In this document: piece after piece, positions 18,508 to 28,333 of the stretch | Numbering within the stretch: position 1 is the first letter of the stretch | Layout: every line of letters begins with the position of its first letter | Assembly: GCA_963781625.1 (NCBI GenBank) | Contig: CAWAGT010000014.1 | Location: 11,022 to 75,021 of the forward strand | Direction: 5' to 3' | DNA from: an uncultured Chloroflexia bacterium | Lineage (GTDB): Bacteria > Chloroflexota > Anaerolineae > Anaerolineales > Villigracilaceae | DNA: 64,000 nucleotides | Made by a program: the position numbers and the translations under genes | The notes under the pieces: model-generated | Database searches by the model: none | What the model was told of the DNA's origin: nothing | Seen by the model: the letters and a program-made list of their open reading frames with translations, nothing else

Positions 18508-20873
18508 TTATAAACAAACAGTAACTGGTTCGGGATCTGTGATCAGAACAGACTTGCCATTTGCAAAGACCACTTCTGTATTTTCCTGTCCCCGTATTAC
18601 TTTCAGCCCTTTATAGCTGATGCTTACATCCCAGGGGAAGGGATTCTCTCCCTCCAGTTTAACACACGTATTCGAAACGATCTCAACACCCAGGATTCTT
18701 AGAAATAAACCTACCGGTGCTAGGCCGGTCAACGCATTGCGTTCGCCGATGCCAGTCCCTTTTTCGGCGTGATAACGCGCGTAAAAGGCGCGGTTCCGTT
18801 TCAAATTTTGGATGACCGCATTCATCAGACGCGCCATCAGGCGCGCAGCCTCGGCGCGGAATCCGTATCTGAGCAGTCCCTCGCAGATGAACAGATTCCA
18901 CGGAAGATGCACCGCCTGTGAAATGGATTTCGCTTCCCGTTTGGTCAGAGACGGGCAGGCCGGTACGCCAAATGGACTCTGGAATCGTTTTGCGTCCAAG
19001 AGAGCGCGTCCGAGCATGGCCTGCGCGCGTTGTTCGTCGGGGATACCGGCCCAGAGAGGCATGAAGAGCGTATGGTCTTCGGTAGTGAAGTCCAGCGTAC
19101 TGACAATGATCGTATCTTCATCGCTTAGGCCGCGTACGGAAACCTTTGCAAGCTTGGAATACACCTTTTGCGTGGTGTAGATCAACCCATCATTGCGCCG
19201 TTGATATTTGCGGCTGGTAGTGACTTCATCTGCGGCTTTGGTAGAGAAGGTATACAGGCGGATGTCAGGTGACTTTGCCGCGGGGTTCTGAATCCGCACT
19301 TCGATCAATAAGCGGATGGGCTGCTCGAACTTCAATTTCAGGGAAATTGTGCCTGAGCCTTTCTGCCTTGCCAGCACCTTGCCAGATAGACTCAGTCCCG
19401 TGGCACGATCACGATAATGATACAAGCCGGTACGTGGCTGCCATGTCGACTCAATGGATTTGCGCAATTTCGCAGCCTGTTCGTGCAGCAGAGTCAGCGC
19501 GTCGTTCCGTTCAAGCCGTTCCGCCATTTTGATCAAAGAGGCAGCTTCGCGATATAACATCGCTTCCAGCGCCGGGCTATGGACTTGGGTAATATCCACA
19601 CCCAGCGACCATTCATGCCAGGCGTCGAAGAGTGGATTATCTTCAAAGCCGGTTTGCAGAATGTGACTCCATTGTGGTAAGCCATCATGGTCTGGGTCAT
19701 ATTCTGGAGAAAACCATACCCAAAAGAAATTTAGAAGAGGCGGAAAGACTTCATTAAAAATTTTGGGTCTTCCGATTGTTCATAGAGGTTCCAGGCCAGG
19801 CTGGCGAGCAGGGGCGCGGCCAGATAACGTCCACGCTGGCCTGCGAGGCCCGGCTTGCCATCGATGGAACCATCGGGAGCCTGGATGGCAAGAAAGTTCT
19901 CCAATAATTCATGCGCAGCGCGTGAGGCCGGTAAAACACTCGCTAGGTAATACGCTTCGAAAGGAGTTTGCCCGTTCCACGAAACCGGATAATCCAGGCC
20001 GTCGCCCTTGGGCGAGTACCCGTTATCGGGGCCGCGGGAGGAAACGTTGGAAGGATGGGGCAGATGGGTGTTTGGTGGAAAGAACAAGCCAAAGGCCGCG
20101 CTCTGACTCAGCGCAAAGGCTGCATCCCATTCCTTGTCGCCGGTGCGGATGTCGATGGTTTGGGCGGTGTTCACCAATTCGAGGCGGGCACGTTCCGCCT
20201 CCCAGAGCCGCGCCGCGGTTTGACGGGCGAGCTCAAAGGAAGCCTGCAAATCCTCCGTGGTGGCCTGCGCCCAGGTGAGTTGACGCGTGGCACCGGGACC
20301 CAGTTCCATATCCAGAAAGAGCGAGGGATAAGGCCCGGAACTATGTGCAGGTCCACCGGTCAAAAAGAGCACGGGGAAGAGTCCATCTGTCTGCCCGGCG
20401 AGCACATTGACCAGTTGCATCTGCGTACCCGTCATGCTTTGACCGTCGATGGGCGTGAGCACGGCGCATACTTCCATGCGAATCTGGCGTGTGGCTGTCG
20501 TTTTGTTGGTAATGCTGATGCGGCTGGCAACTGCCCGTGATCCTGGAACCCAATATTCTGTTGAAACGTCTATATTCTTTAAAGGAGAGTATTCGAGGAT
20601 GAGGAAGTTCGGATAAAAACGGCGGATGGTCGGCGGCAGGTCGAAAGCCCCCGGGTCACTGACGGTGATCTTCTCTTCGCAGAAGCGCAGGAAGATGCGC
20701 ATCGTTTTTGCCCGCAGCCCGAAGGTTGTATGAAGCGCAAGAGCGGCGGGCTCTCCACCGCCCAGGTTCATCTCCCAAATATGATCGTTGAGATAGTCCG
20801 GAATGGAGAGGCGTGAATCTGCTGCAAGGGTGAGGCAAAGTGGATCGCCGGAAGCGAGTGACCAATCACGCAT
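18508..20873 (-). pseudogene. second GH63-like (alpha/alpha)6 glycoside hydrolase, split by a frameshift at 19750-19765
   Basis: The upstream frame ends ...YEQSEDPKFL. The next frame continues NEVFPPLLNFFWVWFSPEYDPDHDGLPQWSHILQTGFEDNPLFDAW. Later motifs are HLPWNLFICEGLLRYG and YHAEKGTGIGE. Confidence 0.75.
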
Positions 20874-20997
20874 AGGTGTATTGTACGGGCAGAATGTCAA
20901 GAGGTCAAAGGGTATAATTCGCTTTCTAAAATACTCCGCTGGTTTCGATACATGGCGGAAGGCGCCACTACTCAACCGCAAACGCACAGGAGAAATT

Positions 20998-21444
20998 ATG
21001 GGCCTTTACTTTGAAGAATTCAGTGTTGGACAGAAAGTGGTTACAGACAAACGGACGGTTACTGATGAAGATATTATGAAATTTGCCGCGTTGTCTGGTG
21101 ACAACAATCGCATTCATACAGACCCTGAGTTCAGCAAGACCACTCCCTTTGGTAAACAGATCGCGCATGGACTTTTGGGATTGTCCATTGCTTCCGGTCT
21201 GGCGTGGCAGACAGGCATTCTGGATGGCACCGTGATAGCCTTTCGTGAAATCAATGAGTGGAAGTTCGTCAAGCCCGTGTTTATTGGTGATAGTATTTAC
21301 GTGAATTTGGAAGTCAAGGAAACCAAGGCCCTGCCGCGCATCGGTGGTGGTTCTGTAACGATTACCTTGGAAGTGAGAAATCAAAATGAGGAAGTTTGTC
21401 ATCGCGGTTCCTGGACCGTGTTGATGATGAGTAAACCAAAATAG
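20998..21444 (+). CDS. MaoC-like (R)-hydratase / hot-dog fold dehydratase
   Basis: DEDIMKFAALSGDNNRIHTDPEFSK...IAHGLL motif. AGGAGA RBS before the ATG at 20998. Confidence 0.85.
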   Translation: MGLYFEEFSVGQKVVTDKRTVTDEDIMKFAALSGDNNRIHTDPEFSKTTPFGKQIAHGLLGLSIASGLAWQTGILDGTVIAFREINEWKFVKPVFIGDSIYVNLEVKETKALPRIGGGSVTITLEVRNQNEEVCHRGSWTVLMMSKPK

Positions 21445-21670
21445 AAATCCTGACTCTGGTTGGTGGATGAACGCCGATTCAATTTACTCTTCTGAAGTTC
21501 AGAAGAAAGTTTGGACATGTAAGTTCCTGGCCCCGGATTTCACGAATTCTCACGGATGAACATGGAGAAAAAATCAGTGGAAATCTGTGTGATCCGTGGC
21601 GAAAATGGGGACGTCCGAATGCCTGTCCGGAGATCAGACTTTTGCCTATGATTGTTTTTGGTGAAATTTT

Positions 21671-24600
21671 ATGGATGAAGAAGAAGAGAAAAGAAGAGAA
21701 GAAGAAAATAGACGTTTCTTAAAACGGCTGATTGATTCAGAAGCAGAAACGCGTGCTGAACCTCCGGTGGAACCTAAAAAGGATGAACCCGCAGACTCAA
21801 CCGGCACAACGCGTGTGAGTCCACCGCACCGTACTCCTACTCCTGCGCCGGATCCTGGCCGGAAGACGCCTATCCCGCCACACATTGCACTGGATAAGGA
21901 CAACATGCCGCTGCCGCGCCGCGTCGATGAAGTGGATACGGAAGGCACGCGCGTTTCGCCTGCAGTCTACGATACTCCCAGCCGACCGAGAAGTACACAG
22001 CCGCGTCCGTCGCCAACTCAGCCACCGATCCAGCCTCCCTCGAAACCGGTCGCCTTCGATTGGAGACGCGGCTGGAGCGGATGTTTGTTGCGCGTCTTTC
22101 TCGTTGCTTTATTTGGTGCGGTGCTGCTACTGATCATCGGCGGATCGATCGCCCTTTATTCCTATTACTCGATCGCGCGTACCTTGCCCAGCGTTGAAGA
22201 TCTGCAAAACCGCGCCTCTCAATTCGAGACGACGCGCATCCTGGATCGCAATGGAGATCCACTGTATGAGATTCTGGATCCCAATGCCGGACGACGGACT
22301 TACGTCACCCTCGATAAGATTTCCCCGGTTCTACTCGCGGCGACAATTGCCACCGAAGACAAGGATTTTTACGAACATCCCGGCTTTGACTTTTGGGCCA
22401 TCACGCGTGCGCTATGGGACAACTATAAAACCAATGGGCAGGGCGGTGGCGCCTCGACCATTACCCAACAACTGGCGCGTGCCCTGTTGCTTTCCCCGGA
22501 AGAACGCGCAGAACGAACCTATTCGCGCAAAGCCCGTGAGATCATCCTGGCGGCTGAGATTACGCGTCGCTACTCCAAAGATCAAATCCTTGAACTGTAT
22601 CTCAATGAGATCTACTACGGCAATCTTGCCTATGGCATCGAAGCTGCTTCAGAAACGTATTTCGGCAAGACGGCCAATCAATTGGATCTGGCGGAAGCTT
22701 CCTTTCTGGCAGGCCTGCCACAATCTCCCTCGGTTTATGATATTTACACCAATCGCGATGTAGCCCTGGCACGCCAGCAACAGGTGCTCGTGTTGATGTT
22801 CGGTTTGAGCCAGTCGAATGGATGTATCAAAGTTAGCAATAGTCCCGTGCCCATCTGCGTCGATGCAGTTGCGGCGGCCAATGCGGCCGACGAGATCAAG
22901 ACCCGTACCTTCAACTCGCCAAACATCAATGCCCGTTATCCTCACTGGGTCAATTTCGTTCGCTCACAACTGGAAGAACAGTACGACGCGCAAACCATCT
23001 ATCGTTCCGGTTTCATCGTGTATACAACTCTCGATCCGACGCTTCAAGACGAAGCCCAGCGGCTGGTCACAGAACAGGTGGGGCTGCTCGCCGACAAGAA
23101 CGCGCATAACGGTGCGCTGGTGGCCATCAGGCCTTCGACGGGCGAAATCCTAGCCATGGTGGGCTCACCGGATTTCAACAACGAAGCCATCTCCGGGCAG
23201 ATCAACATGGCAGACAGTCCCACACGGCAACCGGGTTCCTCGATCAAACCGATCAATTATGTTGCCGCCTTCGAAAAAGGCTGGACGCCTGCCACTTTGA
23301 TCTGGGATGTGCCCAGCGAATTTCCGCCCTCTGGAGATCCCAACGATACGCGTGAACCATATAAACCGGTCGACTATGATGGCAGATTCCATGGCCCGGT
23401 CACTATCCGCACCGCATTATCGAATTCGTTCAATGTTCCCGCAGTCAAAACATTGGACTTCGTCGGCATTTATGATGATCCCAATACGCCCGAAAAAGAT
23501 GGCATGATCGCCATGGCCGAACGGCTGGGCATCACGACCTTCACAAGACCAGATTACGGCTTGTCTCTGACGCTGGGCGGTGGTGATGTCAGTTTGTTGG
23601 AACTGACCTCCGCTTATTCCGTGTTCGCCAATGGCGGCAAAAGAGTCCCGCCGGTATCGATTCTAAAGATCGTGGATTTCCAGGGCAATGTAGTCTATGA
23701 GTATCACCCGCCTGAAGCCGAGCAGGTGATACGCCCGGAACATGCCTTCCTGATCTCCTCCATCCTGTCCGATAATCAGGCGCGCTCATGGATGTTTGGT
23801 ACCAACTCGCTCTTGAACCTGCCCTTCCAGGTTGCGGCCAAGACTGGTACCACCAACGATTTCCGTGACAACTGGACGCTTGGCTATACTCCTGATCTGG
23901 TGACGGGCGTATGGGTCGGCAACGCAGATTACACGCCCATGGTCAATACCACCGGTCTTTCCGGTGCTGCGCCGATCTGGTCGTCTTTCATGCAATTTGC
24001 CGTGCCAATGGTCAGCGGCGGCTCGCCAACGCCTTTCACCGTTCCGCCGGGGATCACGGAAAAAGTGATCTGTTCGATTTCAGGGACGGAGCCTTCGCAG
24101 TGGTGCCGCGGTGGTCAGCGTAGTGAATTTTTTGCCAGCGACCAGCCGCCCTTACCGGCCTCACAGGATTTGCTGCGCCGCGTCGACATCGATACCTGGA
24201 CCGGATTGATCGCCGGTAACGCGTGCCCGGATTTCGTCAAAAATGATCTGGTGATGAACGTTGATGATGAGTGGGGACGCAAGTGGCTGAAAACCGGTGA
24301 TGGCCGCGCCTGGTTGGACGCGAACGGTCTGCCCAATAATCCTGTCTTTGCACCCAAGCGCGAGTGCAGTGCGGCCGATCCACATCCCATCCTGAAATTT
24401 GATAATTTTAACGACGGTGATGTCATCACTGATCCGCATCTGCCCATTAATGGCGTGATTGCGGTTGAAAACGGCGGCCTTTCCTCCTGGCGGCTCGAAT
24501 ACGGAACCGGCCCCGACCCGGATCAATGGATTCCCCTGGTAGATGGAAGACAGGCCTTTTCTGCTTCTTCGCTGATCTATACCTGGAATTTAGAGGATAT

Positions 24601-24844
24601 CTCGTCAGATAGAGTGACTCTGCGTCTCTATCTGTCTGACGGTAAGGATGGTTACGCAGAACGCCGCGTCACGCTCAACCTCAATCTGCCCACGCCCACC
24701 CCGGAGCCCGCCACCCCGACGCCAACCTCCGCTCCGCCAACCGAGGTTCCCACGAACACACCCGCGCCGGCCATCCCCACGGAAACGCCTACGATAATGC
24801 CTTCTCCATCAAATACACCTGCCATACCAACGAACACACCTTAG
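21671..24844 (+). CDS. class A penicillin-binding protein (GT51 transglycosylase plus transpeptidase) with a disordered N-terminus and Pro/Thr-rich C-terminus
   Basis: GT51 motifs ATEDKDFYEHPGFD and GASTITQQLAR. Transpeptidase motifs SSIKP, SNS-like and KTGTTND. Confidence 0.9.
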   Translation: MDEEEEKRREEENRRFLKRLIDSEAETRAEPPVEPKKDEPADSTGTTRVSPPHRTPTPAPDPGRKTPIPPHIALDKDNMPLPRRVDEVDTEGTRVSPAVYDTPSRPRSTQPRPSPTQPPIQPPSKPVAFDWRRGWSGCLLRVFLVALFGAVLLLIIGGSIALYSYYSIARTLPSVEDLQNRASQFETTRILDRNGDPLYEILDPNAGRRTYVTLDKISPVLLAATIATEDKDFYEHPGFDFWAITRALWDNYKTNGQGGGASTITQQLARALLLSPEERAERTYSRKAREIILAAEITRRYSKDQILELYLNEIYYGNLAYGIEAASETYFGKTANQLDLAEASFLAGLPQSPSVYDIYTNRDVALARQQQVLVLMFGLSQSNGCIKVSNSPVPICVDAVAAANAADEIKTRTFNSPNINARYPHWVNFVRSQLEEQYDAQTIYRSGFIVYTTLDPTLQDEAQRLVTEQVGLLADKNAHNGALVAIRPSTGEILAMVGSPDFNNEAISGQINMADSPTRQPGSSIKPINYVAAFEKGWTPATLIWDVPSEFPPSGDPNDTREPYKPVDYDGRFHGPVTIRTALSNSFNVPAVKTLDFVGIYDDPNTPEKDGMIAMAERLGITTFTRPDYGLSLTLGGGDVSLLELTSAYSVFANGGKRVPPVSILKIVDFQGNVVYEYHPPEAEQVIRPEHAFLISSILSDNQARSWMFGTNSLLNLPFQVAAKTGTTNDFRDNWTLGYTPDLVTGVWVGNADYTPMVNTTGLSGAAPIWSSFMQFAVPMVSGGSPTPFTVPPGITEKVICSISGTEPSQWCRGGQRSEFFASDQPPLPASQDLLRRVDIDTWTGLIAGNACPDFVKNDLVMNVDDEWGRKWLKTGDGRAWLDANGLPNNPVFAPKRECSAADPHPILKFDNFNDGDVITDPHLPINGVIAVENGGLSSWRLEYGTGPDPDQWIPLVDGRQAFSASSLIYTWNLEDISSDRVTLRLYLSDGKDGYAERRVTLNLNLPTPTPEPATPTPTSAPPTEVPTNTPAPAIPTETPTIMPSPSNTPAIPTNTP

Positions 24845-24888
24845 GAAGGTTTCTCGGACTGTTCTGGATGACACGAGAATAACAAGCC

Positions 24889-25332
24889 ATGATCACGATT
24901 ACGGTCAGCGAATTGATTCCTGTTTTGCAAGTGGCGATTGGACCGGTTGTTTTAATTTCAGGCGTGGGATTGCTCATCCTCTCACTGACGAACCGCCTCG
25001 GGCGTGTGATCGATCGTGGTCGCAGCCTCATCCGGGAGAAGCCCGAATCCCTGGATCGGAATCCTCCCACCACGGCGCAGCAACTGCAAATCCTTTCGCG
25101 ACGCGCACGTTTGTTGCAGCGCTCCATTGTTTTCGCGACAGTCTGTGTACTGTTTGCGGCGGTACTGGTGATTGCCTTGTTCTTCACCGCGGCTTTGAAC
25201 ATTGAGGATGCCTGGTTCATTGGGTTGCTGTTCATCGGTGCCATGGCATCACTGATTATTTCCCTGGTTGCCTTTCTCCAGGAGTTAAATCAGTCGCTGA
25301 TTGCGTTTCGCCTGGATATTGGTGAAGAATAG
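24889..25332 (+). CDS. DUF2721 membrane protein
   Basis: ISGVGLLILSLTNRLGRVIDRGRSL motif and three predicted TM segments. Confidence 0.6.
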   Translation: MITITVSELIPVLQVAIGPVVLISGVGLLILSLTNRLGRVIDRGRSLIREKPESLDRNPPTTAQQLQILSRRARLLQRSIVFATVCVLFAAVLVIALFFTAALNIEDAWFIGLLFIGAMASLIISLVAFLQELNQSLIAFRLDIGEE

Positions 25333-25341
25333 AGTTGATCG

Positions 25342-25536
25342 ATGAACGGACAAACCCGTGCCAACCTCAAACCCGGTCTGACCGTACTGATCGTCCTGAA
25401 ACAGGATCAACGCACCGGCAAATTAACCAAAGGCGTCATCAAAGATATTCTGACAAAATCACCTACACATCCACATGGGATTAAAGTTCGCCTGGAAAGT
25501 GGCGCCGTGGGACGCGTAAAAGAAATCATCGCCTGA
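25342..25536 (+). CDS. ywbE: YwbE-family small protein (DUF2196)
   Basis: VLKQDQRTGKLTKGVIKDILTKSPTHPHGIKVRLESGAVGRV closely resembles B. subtilis YwbE. Confidence 0.8.
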   Translation: MNGQTRANLKPGLTVLIVLKQDQRTGKLTKGVIKDILTKSPTHPHGIKVRLESGAVGRVKEIIA

Positions 25537-25570
25537 ACATTGAAATATCAAATTGACTTTGGGAGCATGC

Positions 25571-25885
25571 ATGTCTGATTCAACTTCTCGTCCTATTCGT
25601 TATGTGGTCTTTCACACGCCAGGCGCCAAATGGCAGCCTGGGATTGATTTCCGGGAACAGGATGGTGTGGGAGAACACGTCCAACATTACTTAAAACTTC
25701 ACCAGCAGGGAAAACTTGAACTCGGCGGGCCATTCCTGCTGCAGGATGCTGGCGGTATGATGGTCGCCACCAGGGATGTCTCGCAGGCGGAACTGGAAGC
25801 TTTCGCCGCTACAGATCCGGCCGTACAATCCGGCCTGCTCAATTACGAAGTTCGCCCGTGGCTGACCGCCATGGAGCATGATTAA
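25571..25885 (+). CDS. YciI-like protein
   Basis: About 104 aa with the pattern HL..H...G.L.LGGPF. GGGAG RBS before the ATG at 25571. Confidence 0.55.
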   Translation: MSDSTSRPIRYVVFHTPGAKWQPGIDFREQDGVGEHVQHYLKLHQQGKLELGGPFLLQDAGGMMVATRDVSQAELEAFAATDPAVQSGLLNYEVRPWLTAMEHD

Positions 25886-25897
25886 CAGGAGGCATTC

Positions 25898-26332
25898 ATG
25901 ATCCGAAAACTTGCACATCTCAATTTCGTCACGAACGATCTTTCCAAAATCATTGACTTCTATGTCAACAAACTGGGGCTCAAGGTAAAATTCACGCTCA
26001 ATAACAAAAATGGGGAACCATTTGGTTATTACTTCGCATGTGGTGATGCCACTTTCCTCGAGTTTTTCGACCAGGCCATGGCGGCTGAAGTCTGGGGCGG
26101 GAAAGTGGAGGACTTGAACATCGGTACACGCTATCGACATTTCTGTTTCGAAGTCACCGGTCTGGATGATTATTGCCAGGAGCTAAAAAGCAAAGGCGTA
26201 TCTGTCACGGATATTTCCATGGGCATGGATAACTCCCGCCAGGCCTGGATCGCCGATCCGGATGGCAATCAGATCGAGTTGATGGAGTACGGTCATGCCA
26301 GCTCGCAGCTTACCGGCAGGACCGCAATGTAA
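25898..26332 (+). CDS. VOC (glyoxalase/bleomycin-resistance/dioxygenase) family protein
   Basis: AHLNFVTNDL...FYVNKLGL...HFCFEV...ADPDGNQIELMEY. Confidence 0.8.
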   Translation: MIRKLAHLNFVTNDLSKIIDFYVNKLGLKVKFTLNNKNGEPFGYYFACGDATFLEFFDQAMAAEVWGGKVEDLNIGTRYRHFCFEVTGLDDYCQELKSKGVSVTDISMGMDNSRQAWIADPDGNQIELMEYGHASSQLTGRTAM

Positions 26333-26347
26333 GTAGGATATGTTTGA

Positions 26348-26668
26348 ATGATCAGTCGCATCTGGCACGGTTATACGAGCTTCGAGAATGCGGACATTTA
26401 CGAAAACCTGCTCAAGGATGAAATTTTTGTCGGCATTCGCGATCAAAACATCCCTGGCTTTCGCGAAATCCAATTATTTCGCCGCCGATTGGAAAACGAA
26501 GATGAGTTCATTACGGTCATGTGGTTTGACTCGCTGGAGGCGGTGAAGGCCTTTGCCGGGGAAGAATATGAAATCGCTGTAGTTCCTCCCAAAGCACGCG
26601 CGGTGCTCTCCCATTTCGATGAACGTTCCCAACATTACGAAGTCCGCGAAACGTTGAGCGCGAAGTAG
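26348..26668 (+). CDS. ABM (dimeric alpha/beta-barrel) domain protein
   Basis: 106-aa ORF with ...FITVMWFDSLEAVKAFAG... typical of antibiotic-biosynthesis-monooxygenase-like folds. Confidence 0.5.
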   Translation: MISRIWHGYTSFENADIYENLLKDEIFVGIRDQNIPGFREIQLFRRRLENEDEFITVMWFDSLEAVKAFAGEEYEIAVVPPKARAVLSHFDERSQHYEVRETLSAK

Positions 26669-26690
26669 ATAACCATGTTGAGAAAGACAA

Positions 26691-26725
26691 AAATGGAGCG
26701 TTCAAAAAACGCTCCATTTTGTTTT
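26691..26725. terminator. bidirectional rho-independent terminator
   Basis: 12-bp stem AAATGGAGCGTT / AACGCTCCATTT with flanking A- and T-runs. It sits between convergent genes. Confidence 0.7.
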
Positions 26726-26748
26726 CCACGTGCACAATATGGATTTGA

Positions 26749-27996
26749 TTATCGAACGACCACTGCATCCAAAGAGCCACTGTTTTGTTTTTTGCTCGCA
26801 GGAACGAAGACCAGTTTAAGCGTGTGGCTGCCCGAAGTCAATTGACCTGAATAGTCCCAACGTTGCTGGTTGACATTGCCTCCCTTTTGGTCGAGAGTGG
26901 TGACCAGTTTATCGTCCACATAAATTTTCATCTTGCCGAAGGTCTTACCACTCTTATAGAGAATGCTGAAGGATCTTCCTTTGAAAGGCAGTGTGACAGA
27001 GGCGCCATCCTTGGTCGTCAGTTTATAGGACCTGTCATAAGCCCTTTTGGTAATTACAGTTTTCCAGCCGGATGAGTAGGCAAAGGCACTGTTTTTGTCA
27101 TCATAAACGATCTCAGCCGAGGGACTGCCACCTGAAGTCGGGGATTCCGTTGGTGTAACCACTGGAGTCGGAGGGATGACCGTTGGAGGTATGATGGTCG
27201 GAGGCGTGGTCGTTGCGGGTGGTTGGGAGCTTGATCCGGACATGTCATAATCCGCGATCTCGAAACTTTTCACCAGTACCTTCATAGATTTATTGTCCTG
27301 GTCTGCGGCGCCATCGATGCCAACGTTCAGGCGGGTTACCACTCTCTCGTCGGCAGGGACGCTATCGGGGGAAAGGCGTTCAGTTCCCGCAGCTATGATT
27401 TTTCCATCCACCTTGAAATACCATGGCGCCTTATCGGCCACGTTTCCATAAAGCTCAAAGACATGTTCACCAACGGGCAGGGGATCAGAGGACTTATAAA
27501 CAACTTTCTTAGACACATTTTGATGGTCGGCGATGATGCCAAATTTGTGACTGCTGAAAATGTAAACCGAGGTTCTCAGTTCATTTGTATCGGAGGCACC
27601 GAACTGCTCTCCGTTCAGCGTTGTTCCAAAATTATCCGTATTGAGCAGTCGAAAACCTGCCTGTTGCTGGTCATAGAAATTCGATGGCAACACGATCACG
27701 GCCCTCATATAGAAAGTGCTGGGAGCCTTTCCGGTCTGCTCAGGTAATTTGTATTTTATGCGGGCGTAATGAGTTTTGGCTGCGTTGCCTCCGGCTTGAC
27801 AGACCCAGCCATCAGATGTGGCAGTAATGGTCTCGGCAGAGCCCGACTTTTCAAATTCCCAATCGGATAAATTGCCGAGCGCTAAACGCTCGTGGAAAGC
27901 AGCGTATTGGGGGGCGGCTTGGGCATGGGAAAACATTCCCAGGGCCATCATCAAAGCTGTGAGCATGCTTGCGACTCGGTATATTTTTTTGTTCAT
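26749..27996 (-). CDS. secreted two-domain protein (lectin/lyase-like N-domain, Pro/Thr linker, carbohydrate-binding-like C-domain)
   Basis: Signal peptide MNKKIYRVASMLTALMMALGMFSHAQA, a PPATTTPPTIIPPTVIPPTPVVTPT linker and a C-terminal ...GSHTLKLVFV...LDAVVV pattern. Confidence 0.6.
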   Translation of the reverse strand: MNKKIYRVASMLTALMMALGMFSHAQAAPQYAAFHERLALGNLSDWEFEKSGSAETITATSDGWVCQAGGNAAKTHYARIKYKLPEQTGKAPSTFYMRAVIVLPSNFYDQQQAGFRLLNTDNFGTTLNGEQFGASDTNELRTSVYIFSSHKFGIIADHQNVSKKVVYKSSDPLPVGEHVFELYGNVADKAPWYFKVDGKIIAAGTERLSPDSVPADERVVTRLNVGIDGAADQDNKSMKVLVKSFEIADYDMSGSSSQPPATTTPPTIIPPTVIPPTPVVTPTESPTSGGSPSAEIVYDDKNSAFAYSSGWKTVITKRAYDRSYKLTTKDGASVTLPFKGRSFSILYKSGKTFGKMKIYVDDKLVTTLDQKGGNVNQQRWDYSGQLTSGSHTLKLVFVPASKKQNSGSLDAVVVR

Positions 27997-28333
27997 TGTT
28001 GTCTCCTTCGTATGTAAGCTCGCAGTGTGATTGCTTTATCGCGATGCTTGATGATCAGATTTGTTTTGTATTCTTGCCAAAGGGGCTTGTGGGGCGGCTT
28101 AATACAAAGCTTCCGCCATCATATGGTGAACAAAAAAATAATTAATAGGAACAGGGTACTGAATCGACTGACACATCTGTAAACGTAATACTTAGGTCAT
28201 GGGGAATTGCCTGTTTATGCGCTGGAGGCTGAGAATTGTTTAAAAAAGTCATAACATTCCTGCAAACTGGACAAAAACAAGCAAATTCAATGGATTTCCG
28301 CTATAAAAAAGCCCCTATGCTATACTCGCGCCC

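Noticed and set aside
21520-21610. The segment ..CACGAATTCTCACGGATGAAC...GAAATCTGTGTGATCCGTGGC.. upstream of the PBP gene resembles widespread intergenic junk repeats and contains an imperfect hairpin. Considered as a regulatory RNA.
   Set aside because: There is a single copy in this window, only a short CACGGAT/ATCCGTG pairing, and no terminator or conserved partner motif. The evidence is insufficient to call a feature.
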